Positions 1 to 8,510 of a stretch of DNA of 64,000 bases are shown here, in pieces. Both the position numbers and the translations under genes were made by a program. Origin of the DNA: Chlorobiota bacterium (GTDB lineage Bacteria > Bacteroidota > Ignavibacteria > Kapaibacteriales > NICIL-2). Location: NCBI GenBank assembly GCA_044228285.1, contig JBGAVD010000006.1, positions 66,077 to 130,076 of the forward strand, read 5' to 3'. The notes below the pieces were generated by a model. The model did no database searches. It had not been told where the DNA came from and saw only the letters and a list, made by a program, of their open reading frames with translations. Positions within the stretch are counted from its first letter, which is position 1; each line of letters begins with the position of its first letter.

Positions 1-3000
1 TGTGGGTTTTTGACTTGCCAATTTCCACGATACCAAACTCCGTATTCGTAGCAGTATTTGGTTGAAGTAAGCCATCTGCTATGACGTTACTGTTTCCATA
101 GATCACTACGCTTGCTGTTGCTGCGACTGCGTTTCCTTCAATGCTGAAACTGTAGTCTGTTTGTTGATCGTCGTTACTGATCACGCGAACAATAGCCTGA
201 TGTTTGCCCAAGCGAGTTGGCTCAAACTCAATGTTCAGCACTTGACTTTGTGCGGCGTTCAGCTGGTTTGAGCTTAGAGAACTGAGACTGAAGGCTGCTG
301 CATCGGCACCTTCCAAACTGATAGATTGAACACGGAGAGGTGTTTTGCCAGCATTAACTACGAGGAACGAGTTTATTACTTGCTTTCCGAGAACAACAGT
401 ACCGAAGTCTGTATTGTCTGTTCCAGAAACTGTGCGTCGACCATTAGGAACAACCTTGTAGTTACCTTTAACAACGAGGGTTCGCTGAACGCCAGTGCCT
501 TGAACGCCAAAGCTATACAGCGCTTCATCAAAGTCGTTCGAGTTGATCGTGAGTTGAGCGCTCCGGATACTCACGTCGAGTGCAGTGAATTGAACGATGA
601 CTTCTTGATAACTGTTCTTCGCTATGCGAAGTGGGAAGCTCACATTGCCAGCGATACTAAATTCTGAGTTTGCTGCTCCAGTGAAGGTAATGGACTTCAC
701 TTGTAAGTCCGTGCCACCAGTATTGTAGATGACATAGCGACGAAGACTAGACTGACCAACCACCACTTCACCAAAGTCTGTATTGTTCAAAGTCTGTGGC
801 TGGTTGCTGTTGCGAACGATGTCGATGTTGTTGCCCTTAACACTGATCTCTGCACTTGTTGCGAGAGTTGTTGGATTCGTCATTACTAAGAGTTGTCCGC
901 CTTCTACAACATCGCCAGGAATGGAGTAATGCGCTTGGCTTGTTACGATAAACTTGCCCGCTCCTAGAATATTCTGAACATCGATGATCCCGGATGACTC
1001 CTCGTCTTGGGTCAGATATCGTGACCCGCCTGCAATGAATCGCGTGGTATCATGTTGAGCCAAGAGTGTCAGTTCATCATTGGCAATTGTGTATTGCCAA
1101 AACTTTCCATTATGCGCGTTGTTGCCAACGTCTTCTTGGAGAAGAATGTGGCCATAGTTGTCGATACAAAGATTGTCGAGCATTTTTTGTCCTTCTGTTC
1201 CATCCAACACAGCAGTAATCGTTCCGCCTTGTTCAGGCTTAGAGATATCTTGGAAACGAAGACGCCACAGGCGACTAGGCGCGCTAAAGGAGTTTGTCGT
1301 CGCGAAATAGAAGTCGTTTGGACTAGAAGGATCCCACGCACCATCTTCTGGTCGCAAGAAGGTTGTTACACCACGTTGATTACTAATGGTATTAAGAGCA
1401 ACGCCATTTGTGTCACGTATAAATCCAAGATCAATCAACGAGAAACTTGTGTTTGGGCTGGTCACGAATGAGCTCTGCTCAGCTACCATACCATTCACAC
1501 CAACGCCATACAGCTTGCCATTTGTTAAGCCTGCTTTATCGATCTCAGTGCCCGCATTGGTCTTGTTTCCAACGTAGACATACACCTGACCTGGAGTGGA
1601 GTCATCAAGACCGACGACGATGGTTTTATCAGCCACCACTGGACAAGCCAGGATATTCTCACAACTGTATTTACCTAGGAAAGGCAGCTCATAGGTAGTA
1701 CCACTGTTCACTCCACTAGCGATGTGCGCAAAAAGGCGTCCATTATCTCCTGCTTCTTCGCCGTTGAGGAAGAGTCGCTCTGAAGTTCCATTGCCGCTAG
1801 CAGCGTTGAAAAATGCACTTTGTGGCGCAAGATCTGACGAACAGAATCTTGAGAAGCTTGCAAGAGGTGAAGGATTAGATGAATTGTAGGTAGTATAACC
1901 TGTAGGACCCCACAGCTTTACATTGCGGATAAGATCTGATGCGGAAACGACCGATAAGTCGTTCTTGTTTATAACCCACTTAGACACAAATGCTCCGTTA
2001 CTTCCGTGTGCACGTGTAACGCCTAAGCCAGCGGAAATTTCATGACTCACGAGCAAGGTGAATGTTCCATTGTTATTATCGAAAGCTCCGAGGCCGTCAG
2101 GCAAACCGATCATTTTATAGCCACCAGCTACAACATCACCTGTGGTAACGATTGCGTTGAATTGTACGCCTGGAGCCAATGGGCTCAAGAATGGAGTCTG
2201 CGAGCTGCTTGGACCTGCACCTAGGGCTGAGGCATAGCTATCTGGATTGAACATCTGCAACAGCTGACCGCCTTCTACTGCTTCTCCTGGTATTGGGTAG
2301 TGCGCCTGATCGACGAGAAGAAACTGTCCAGGGCCAAGGATACTTTGCATGTCGATGACACCAGATGCCTCTTCGTCTTGCGTCAGGAAGTTCACGCCGC
2401 CTGCAATGAAGCGATTGCCATCGTGCTGCGCCAATAGCTTTAATGAATCTGTTGCGACTGTGTACTGCCATACTTTGCCGTTGTGCACGTTGTTACCAAC
2501 GTCCTCTTGAAGAAGGATGTGTCCGTAGTTATCCATACACATGTTATCTAACATCTTGACACCTTCCGTGCCATCGATCACAGCCGTAATTGTTCCGCCT
2601 GCTTCTGGACTATCAACATTGTTGAAGCGTAGTCTCCACACTCTGCTGGGACTGCTGAAGGAGTTTGTGGTGTTGAAGTAGAAGTCTCTAGGGTTTGAAG
2701 GATCCCATGCACCGTCTTCCGGGCGTAAGAATGTTGTGACACCCTTGACATTGCTCATTGTATTTAGAGCAGCACCTGTAGAATCACGAACTACACCCAA
2801 GTCTACGAGCCTGAACGTTGTATTGGCACCAGGAATAGAACTGCTTGATTCTGCACTCATGCCACTAACCGCTACACCATAGAGGCGACCATTGGTGTAA
2901 CCTGCGCGATCAATCTCTGTACCTTCTTTGGTCTTAGTACCAATGTAGAAGTACACTTGGCCAGGAGTAGAATCATCGAGTCCTGCAACAACTGTTTTAT

Positions 3001-6000
3001 CGCTTTGCATTGGACGAGCGAGAAGGTTTTCGCAACTGTACTTGCCGAATGTTGGCAGCTCATAGGTCGTTCCGGCCATAGGTCCAGTCACGATATGCGC
3101 AAACATGCGTCCGTTGTCGCCTGCTTCCTCACCATTCATGAAAATGCGCTCTTGGGTTCCGTTTCCACTTGCTGGATTGTAGAGAGCGAGTGGCGTAGGG
3201 AGATCTGCAGAACAGAATCGTGAGAATGATGCCAATGGCGATGGGTTAGACATGCTGAACGTTGTGTAGGACTTGCCATTCCAAAGATTGACATTGCGGA
3301 TGAGATCGGATCCACTTTGGACACTGAGGTTGGATTTGTTGATTATCCACTTAGACACAAAAGCACCATTGCTTCCGTGAGCGCGAACTGCTCCTAGTCC
3401 TGCATTAATCTCATGAGTCATGAGAAGAGTAAACGTACCATCATTGTTGTCGAACGCACCTAAGCCATCAGGCAGACCGGTCAGTCGATACCCGTTCTTT
3501 GCTGGGTCTTGAACCGTCAACAAAGACGAGAATGAAACTGCAGGTGCGACTGGTGTGAGGTATGGTGTTTGTGAGGAACTAGCCTTCGTGCCAAACGCGC
3601 CATTGTAGGAGTCAGGATTTGTAAGAACTAAGAGTTGTCCGCCTTCAACTGCTGCACCTGGGATGGCATAATGTCCTTGCGCAGCAAGGATGAACATACC
3701 TGGTCCAAGAATACTCTGCATATCAATAATCCCAGAGCTTTCCTCATCTTGTGTAAGGTAGTTCGAACCACCAGATACAAATCGTGTACTATCATGTTGC
3801 GCAATAACCTTCAGAGAATCCGTTGCGATGGTGTACTGCCAAACCTTTCCATTGTGAACATTGTTCCCAACATCCTCTTGTAAAAGGATGTGTCCGCTCT
3901 TATCGATCACCATGTTGTCGAGCATGCGAATGCCTTCGGTACCATCGAGAACTGCGGTGATTGTACCACCGAGTTCAGGATTAGCAAGCGATGTAAAACG
4001 CAGGCGCCAGAGACGGCTAGGTGCAGAGAACGAGTTTGTTGTGTTGAAGTAGAAGTCCAGTGGATTGGATGGATCCCAAGCTCCGTCTTCTGGACGCAGG
4101 AATCGTGTTACATTTTTCGCGGTGCTCAACGCATTGATTGCTGTGCCAGTAGAATCGCGAAGTACTCCCAGATCAACCATCGTGAATTCCGTGTTGGGGG
4201 CAGGAGCTGTCGCACTGATTTCACTTGGTAAATCCTTCACAGAAATACCATAGACACGTCCATTCGTTAATCCAGCTTTGTCGATTTCGGTGCCGGTTGA
4301 GACTTTCGTTCCAACATAGACATACACTTGACCAGGTGTTGAATCATCTAGTCCAACCACCACTGTTTTATCAGCTTGGACTGGCCGAGCTAACAAGTTC
4401 TCGCAGCTGTACTTTCCTAAATGAGGAAGTTCGTAACTGTTTCCGGCATTTGGACCAGACGCAATGTGTGCAAAGAGACGCCCGTTGTCGCCTGCTTCTT
4501 CACCATTCAAGAACAGCTTCTCTTGTGTTCCCAATCCATTGAGAGGATTGTAGAAGGCATTGGTTGGTGGTAGATCTGCAGCACAAAAACGATTGAAGGC
4601 TGCTAAACTTGATGGGTTTGAAGCATTGTATGTTGTGTATGAGCTGCCATTCCACAACATCACATTCTTAATGAGATCCGAACCGCTAATGACACGCAAG
4701 TCACTTTTGTTGATGACCCATTTTGAGACAAAGGCACCGACAGATCCGTGAGCGTGCACAGCACCAGAGGAGCCACCCATCTCATGATTCACTAACAATG
4801 TAAATGTGCCGTCATTGTTATCAAAGGCACCCAAACCATCAGGCAGACCAGCTAACATGTAACCCCCAATACTGTCTTGCACAGTTAGGATCGATGTAAG
4901 CTTCACTCCGTTTGCAAGTGGAGTCATATATGGCGTTTTCAAAGTGGAAACACCCGTAATGAGGTCATAACCGAAGTCAAACGAATGCATCGCATTCGCA
5001 GATCCGGAGGAGTAGATCTTGACTTGTGAAATGTCGTTCGCCTGAATGTTGTATTGAATTGTACCAACACTCGTCTGTGCAGGAATCACAAAGGTATATG
5101 TCGAACCACTAATCGCTGGAACCAGTGAAACCAGGATACCGCCATTTACTCTGTAATTAAGCAGTGCATTCGTAACGGCTGCGTTGTCTTTAATGGTAGC
5201 CACAATAGTGAATGGACCATTAGAGTTGGTAGATACCAGTGGTGTGTGCTCAATCGTAGGATTAACCTGAATGTCATAGCTCGCACGAACAGTCGTTGGG
5301 TTTGCGGGTGTAGCATTCTGATATGCAGCTGGAGTCATCACAGCATCGCGACCCATACTCTTCACGTTAACGCGATTCGACGCGTACACATTTACTACAG
5401 TATAGCCGAAGTAGGCGTTTGGTGCGCTTTGGAAGAGAGACTCAACCAAGCTTCCACCGTTACCAGCAATAATTTGCCAGGTTTCTGCAGGATGAGGTTG
5501 AATGCTATCAGCGCAGTGAACGTGAGCAGAGAAGAACGCATCGACTTGATGTGCCTCAAAAGCGTTCCATAAGCTGTCGCGTTGAGCTGGATTCACTTCC
5601 AAACCATCGGCAGTGCTCTTAAAGTGTCCGGTGTATGCAGGCTTGTGCCCAATGGCGAAGACGTGTCGTACACCATTAGCGCGAGCTTTCATGATGTCGT
5701 TCGTAGCCCACTTGTATGAGGCAATCCCATCACGACCAACAGGGTCGGTGTTGAGAATAACGAAGTGATCGTTCTTGTAATCGAAGGAATAACTGAGCTT
5801 TGATTGATCGGTTGTGAGACTGTCGCTACCAGGAAGCAGACCCGTAATGGTTGGTCCGTTGTTTCCTGCCAGATAGTCATACATAACGCGTTGGAATGTA
5901 CGCTCAGCGGCAACAAATGATTTCTTACCAGCTGCCTTGTTCTGTGTTTCGTGATTCCCAGGGATGGCAACCAAAGTGACTGGGAGCGACGCTAAAGGAG

Positions 6001-7615
6001 ATGCTTTGTACAGACTCAACCAATTGCTGAGTTGTGATGCGAGCTTTACCGTATCTGCTTCATAGCCAAGAACCATGTCGCCAGCGAAGAAGAGATACTT
6101 CGGTAGTGGATTCATTGCTGCCAATTCCGAGAACATACGGTTAAGTTGGTAGACGTTCGCGGTGGAAGGATTGCCTACAGAATCAACATCTTCGACGCGG
6201 TTACATCCAACTACAACAAATGAGTAGTCGAGTCCGGGTGCTGAAGTTGCTTGCGACATAAAAGCGGGCCGAACAAACTTTGGAATCTTGTTCGCACCTC
6301 TCAACAAAAAGGTCACAACGTGACAAGGCAAGTTGGTAGCACTTGCTACACCGTTCTCTGCTGGACAGGTTAGGGCATAGTCATTGTCGTTACAGATCGC
6401 AATTGTACTATCATTAATAATCGACAAGCCTTCGGCTTTGTCGTAGCTGCTTGGCCATCCATTTGCAAGCAGATCCATGAACAGGGTCTTGCGCACGGCA
6501 ACAAGACCCTTTGATGCCATGCCGACGGAGTCGACGAGTGCTTCAAGTGTTTGTGTTCCGTATAAACCAGAATGGACTGGAGTTGCAGCAGCAATGTTTA
6601 TCAGATACATGCGCTTGATGTCGGTTGTACCGCGAGCTGCAGCCTCAAGAACCAGAAAGGTGCTGTCATTGATTGCAGCCATATCACCAGTCTTCCAATC
6701 CTTCAAACGAATCTGATTTGATCCGCTTCCAATAATACCATCATTGAGGTAGGCAAACATGCGTGTGGCACCGCTTGAAGGGTCGATCTCGAGAAGTCGA
6801 TGGATGCGACTAGCTTCACCAACGGTGACTGTTGGGTACAACAAAGGACTTTGAATAAGCGCATAGATCTTTCCATTTGGCGTCATGCAAATACTCTCAA
6901 AGCCGCGGTTGTTCTTGCGATATCCAAACACGGTGTCGATAGCGAAGTCTTCTGGCTGTGAGCCTGCAAGCTGTGCGTAAGGAGTGTAGCGCTTCAACAC
7001 CATACCATCAGGATTCACTTTCCAGATGCAGGCTCCTCCTTCATCGCAAAGCCAAAAGTTACCGTCTTTGTCAACAAGAATACCTTCTGAATCCACGCCC
7101 CAGACATCCTTCGCTGCCAGTTTGGAAGCGTAGTTTGCACAGTTGAGAACGGTATCCGTTGATGGCATCTCAGCAGCGGTGCTACCAAATCCTGTAGGAT
7201 TCAGCAAGCCAGAAGCTGGTGCCCCGCCTGGTCGACGTAGAACAATGGTCTGAAGAATTTGAACAGAGTCCCCGCTCAATCTCACGCGATGAATTTTTGG
7301 CGCGTAGTTCGGGAAGGCGTACATTTTGTCGTAGGTTGGTGTACAACCTACAGGATTCGCCTTACCACAATCGATGTTTGGTCCTCGATCGGAAACCACC
7401 CAATATTCAGTGCCATTGGTATTTGGAATGACACACATACCAGAGAAGCCACCCTCTCGAACGGCTATTCCCTGGTGGGTACCAATGGGAGCGGAGTACT
7501 TATTGGTATAGTCCTTGAGCTTTGTGATTTGCGCGTGGACAGTGCCTGTTGTAGCCACAAGAAAAATCGCAAGGGCATAAAGAACCATCCGATGCAAGAC
7601 AAAAAAGCGTTTCAT
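1..7615 (-). CDS. Giant secreted multi-phosphatase (3'-partial, >2538 aa): signal peptide + phytase-like propeller + metallophosphoesterase + 3x PhoX-like + Ig-like (choice-of-anchor D-type) repeats
   Basis: Manual translation from ATG 7615 gives MKRFFVLHRMVLYALAIFLVATTGTVHA-QITK. The same frame is still open at position 2 (..NTEFGIVEIGKSKTH). It is absent from the ORF track because there is no stop in the window. Motifs: GGFSG/SDRGPN/DSEG/NRGFE/KAEG/NDNDY (phytase-like, ~7470-6375); AGDMV/PGNHE/GHKP/AHVH (metallophosphoesterase, ~6230-5300); three copies of HE/RFC/NGEE/CEN/RPEDG/LDN/QED; then TDFG/TEFG-containing Ig-like repeats below ~860. Confidence 0.9.
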   Translation of the reverse strand, partial: MKRFFVLHRMVLYALAIFLVATTGTVHAQITKLKDYTNKYSAPIGTHQGIAVREGGFSGMCVIPNTNGTEYWVVSDRGPNIDCGKANPVGCTPTYDKMYAFPNYAPKIHRVRLSGDSVQILQTIVLRRPGGAPASGLLNPTGFGSTAAEMPSTDTVLNCANYASKLAAKDVWGVDSEGILVDKDGNFWLCDEGGACIWKVNPDGMVLKRYTPYAQLAGSQPEDFAIDTVFGYRKNNRGFESICMTPNGKIYALIQSPLLYPTVTVGEASRIHRLLEIDPSSGATRMFAYLNDGIIGSGSNQIRLKDWKTGDMAAINDSTFLVLEAAARGTTDIKRMYLINIAAATPVHSGLYGTQTLEALVDSVGMASKGLVAVRKTLFMDLLANGWPSSYDKAEGLSIINDSTIAICNDNDYALTCPAENGVASATNLPCHVVTFLLRGANKIPKFVRPAFMSQATSAPGLDYSFVVVGCNRVEDVDSVGNPSTANVYQLNRMFSELAAMNPLPKYLFFAGDMVLGYEADTVKLASQLSNWLSLYKASPLASLPVTLVAIPGNHETQNKAAGKKSFVAAERTFQRVMYDYLAGNNGPTITGLLPGSDSLTTDQSKLSYSFDYKNDHFVILNTDPVGRDGIASYKWATNDIMKARANGVRHVFAIGHKPAYTGHFKSTADGLEVNPAQRDSLWNAFEAHQVDAFFSAHVHCADSIQPHPAETWQIIAGNGGSLVESLFQSAPNAYFGYTVVNVYASNRVNVKSMGRDAVMTPAAYQNATPANPTTVRASYDIQVNPTIEHTPLVSTNSNGPFTIVATIKDNAAVTNALLNYRVNGGILVSLVPAISGSTYTFVIPAQTSVGTIQYNIQANDISQVKIYSSGSANAMHSFDFGYDLITGVSTLKTPYMTPLANGVKLTSILTVQDSIGGYMLAGLPDGLGAFDNNDGTFTLLVNHEMGGSSGAVHAHGSVGAFVSKWVINKSDLRVISGSDLIKNVMLWNGSSYTTYNASNPSSLAAFNRFCAADLPPTNAFYNPLNGLGTQEKLFLNGEEAGDNGRLFAHIASGPNAGNSYELPHLGKYSCENLLARPVQADKTVVVGLDDSTPGQVYVYVGTKVSTGTEIDKAGLTNGRVYGISVKDLPSEISATAPAPNTEFTMVDLGVLRDSTGTAINALSTAKNVTRFLRPEDGAWDPSNPLDFYFNTTNSFSAPSRLWRLRFTSLANPELGGTITAVLDGTEGIRMLDNMVIDKSGHILLQEDVGNNVHNGKVWQYTIATDSLKVIAQHDSTRFVSGGSNYLTQDEESSGIIDMQSILGPGMFILAAQGHYAIPGAAVEGGQLLVLTNPDSYNGAFGTKASSSQTPYLTPVAPAVSFSSLLTVQDPAKNGYRLTGLPDGLGAFDNNDGTFTLLMTHEINAGLGAVRAHGSNGAFVSKWIINKSNLSVQSGSDLIRNVNLWNGKSYTTFSMSNPSPLASFSRFCSADLPTPLALYNPASGNGTQERIFMNGEEAGDNGRMFAHIVTGPMAGTTYELPTFGKYSCENLLARPMQSDKTVVAGLDDSTPGQVYFYIGTKTKEGTEIDRAGYTNGRLYGVAVSGMSAESSSSIPGANTTFRLVDLGVVRDSTGAALNTMSNVKGVTTFLRPEDGAWDPSNPRDFYFNTTNSFSSPSRVWRLRFNNVDSPEAGGTITAVIDGTEGVKMLDNMCMDNYGHILLQEDVGNNVHNGKVWQYTVATDSLKLLAQHDGNRFIAGGVNFLTQDEEASGVIDMQSILGPGQFLLVDQAHYPIPGEAVEGGQLLQMFNPDSYASALGAGPSSSQTPFLSPLAPGVQFNAIVTTGDVVAGGYKMIGLPDGLGAFDNNNGTFTLLVSHEISAGLGVTRAHGSNGAFVSKWVINKNDLSVVSASDLIRNVKLWGPTGYTTYNSSNPSPLASFSRFCSSDLAPQSAFFNAASGNGTSERLFLNGEEAGDNGRLFAHIASGVNSGTTYELPFLGKYSCENILACPVVADKTIVVGLDDSTPGQVYVYVGNKTNAGTEIDKAGLTNGKLYGVGVNGMVAEQSSFVTSPNTSFSLIDLGFIRDTNGVALNTISNQRGVTTFLRPEDGAWDPSSPNDFYFATTNSFSAPSRLWRLRFQDISKPEQGGTITAVLDGTEGQKMLDNLCIDNYGHILLQEDVGNNAHNGKFWQYTIANDELTLLAQHDTTRFIAGGSRYLTQDEESSGIIDVQNILGAGKFIVTSQAHYSIPGDVVEGGQLLVMTNPTTLATSAEISVKGNNIDIVRNSNQPQTLNNTDFGEVVVGQSSLRRYVIYNTGGTDLQVKSITFTGAANSEFSIAGNVSFPLRIAKNSYQEVIVQFTALDVSIRSAQLTINSNDFDEALYSFGVQGTGVQRTLVVKGNYKVVPNGRRTVSGTDNTDFGTVVLGKQVINSFLVVNAGKTPLRVQSISLEGADAAAFSLSSLSSNQLNAAQSQVLNIEFEPTRLGKHQAIVRVISNDDQQTDYSFSIEGNAVAATASVVIYGNSNVIADGLLQPNTATNTEFGIVEIGKSKTH
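880..4960 (-). repeat. Intragenic tandem triplication of a PhoX-like domain, period 1371 bp (457 aa)
   Basis: Sequence encoding RPEDGAWDP lies at ~4071, ~2700 and ~1329 (spacing 1371 and 1371). LPDGLGAFDNN, GAFVSKW, NGEEAGDNGR and QEDVGNN recur with the same period, with many synonymous differences. Confidence 0.9.
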
Positions 7616-7813
7616 AGTGAAATGATATGGTTGTGAAGAGTCAGCTGTCGATGCCTGAGAAAAAGTTGCGCGACCTTGTTGTTGCCTTGAAAACATAGCT
7701 GAGTTGCCAGCCATCCGTCCACTCGCAGCATTTCGCACAGGAACTTTCTGTTGTCTTCAAAACTATTCTTCCACTATTGCCTCACTGTTCCTTCACTTTT
7801 ACGATTCAGTATG

Positions 7814-7869
7814 CTAGGAAACAACTAGGTAATACTTTTGTTGCGAGAGCATAACATTTGTTTACCTAG
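7814..7869. promoter_or_regulatory. Candidate OmpR/PhoB-type (Pho-box-like) sites upstream of the giant phosphatase
   Basis: 11-bp direct repeat CTAGGAAACAA/CTAGGTAATAC (7814-7835) plus an inverted copy TTTACCTAG (7861-7869), in the divergent intergenic region. Confidence 0.35.
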
Positions 7870-7983
7870 ACAATCTTCAAGCTGTCTAAACCCACAACCC
7901 GCAGAACTCTATTCACGCACTGCAGGTACTCTTTGGCTCAGGCTCAACTGTCCTCTTACACTTCATTTACAGAAAACGCGCTT

Positions 7984-8406
7984 ATGTCATCTCAAACCTT
8001 AGTGATTCTTTTTGATGGTGATTGCGCTTTCTGTTCAGGTTGGGTGCGTTTTCTCGCGGAGAGAGATCCACACAAGAGATTTCGATTCCTCTCTTTGCAA
8101 TCGCCCTCAGCAGCTTCGCTGCTTCAGGCAGAGCATGTACCAGAAGGCGTTGACTCTATCGTAGTCTGGTCAGAGAACAGGCTTTACATTGAATCCGAAG
8201 CAGTGCTCCGCATTGCAAAGGAGCTTGGGTTTCCGTGGAAGGTTGTGGTGCTGGGACGCGTGGTCCCTCGTGCGTTGAGAGATCTGCTCTATAGGTGGGT
8301 TGCACGACATCGACACTCTCTTTCGAGCTTTGGCGCGAGCTGCGTCATCAATGACCCAGCTGTGCGTTCACGACTAATCAATGATCTATCCGAAGTATCC
8401 CTCTGA
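7984..8406 (+). CDS. DCC1-like thiol-disulfide oxidoreductase (DUF393 family)
   Basis: ILFDGDCAFC (DxxCxxC), LQS, DSIV, RDLLYRWVARHR. ATG at 7984 preferred over TTG at 7933. Confidence 0.9.
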   Translation: MSSQTLVILFDGDCAFCSGWVRFLAERDPHKRFRFLSLQSPSAASLLQAEHVPEGVDSIVVWSENRLYIESEAVLRIAKELGFPWKVVVLGRVVPRALRDLLYRWVARHRHSLSSFGASCVINDPAVRSRLINDLSEVSL

Positions 8407-8409
8407 CAA

Positions 8410-8440
8410 AACAGGTGCAAGGCGAAGCCTTGCACCTGTT
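8410..8440. terminator. Hairpin between convergent genes, probable intrinsic terminator
   Basis: AACAGGTGCAAGGC-GAA-GCCTTGCACCTGTT, a perfect 14-bp stem flanked by A runs. Confidence 0.7.
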
Positions 8441-8510
8441 AAAAAAATCTCCTGAAGATATACCACTTCGAGCGTAGATCAACCTGATCTTGCCACGACA
8501 CTTATCAACC

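Noticed and set aside
326-7636. Many short ORFs listed in the track across 0.3-7.6 kb
   Set aside because: They are antisense or off-frame shadows of the single giant minus-strand gene.
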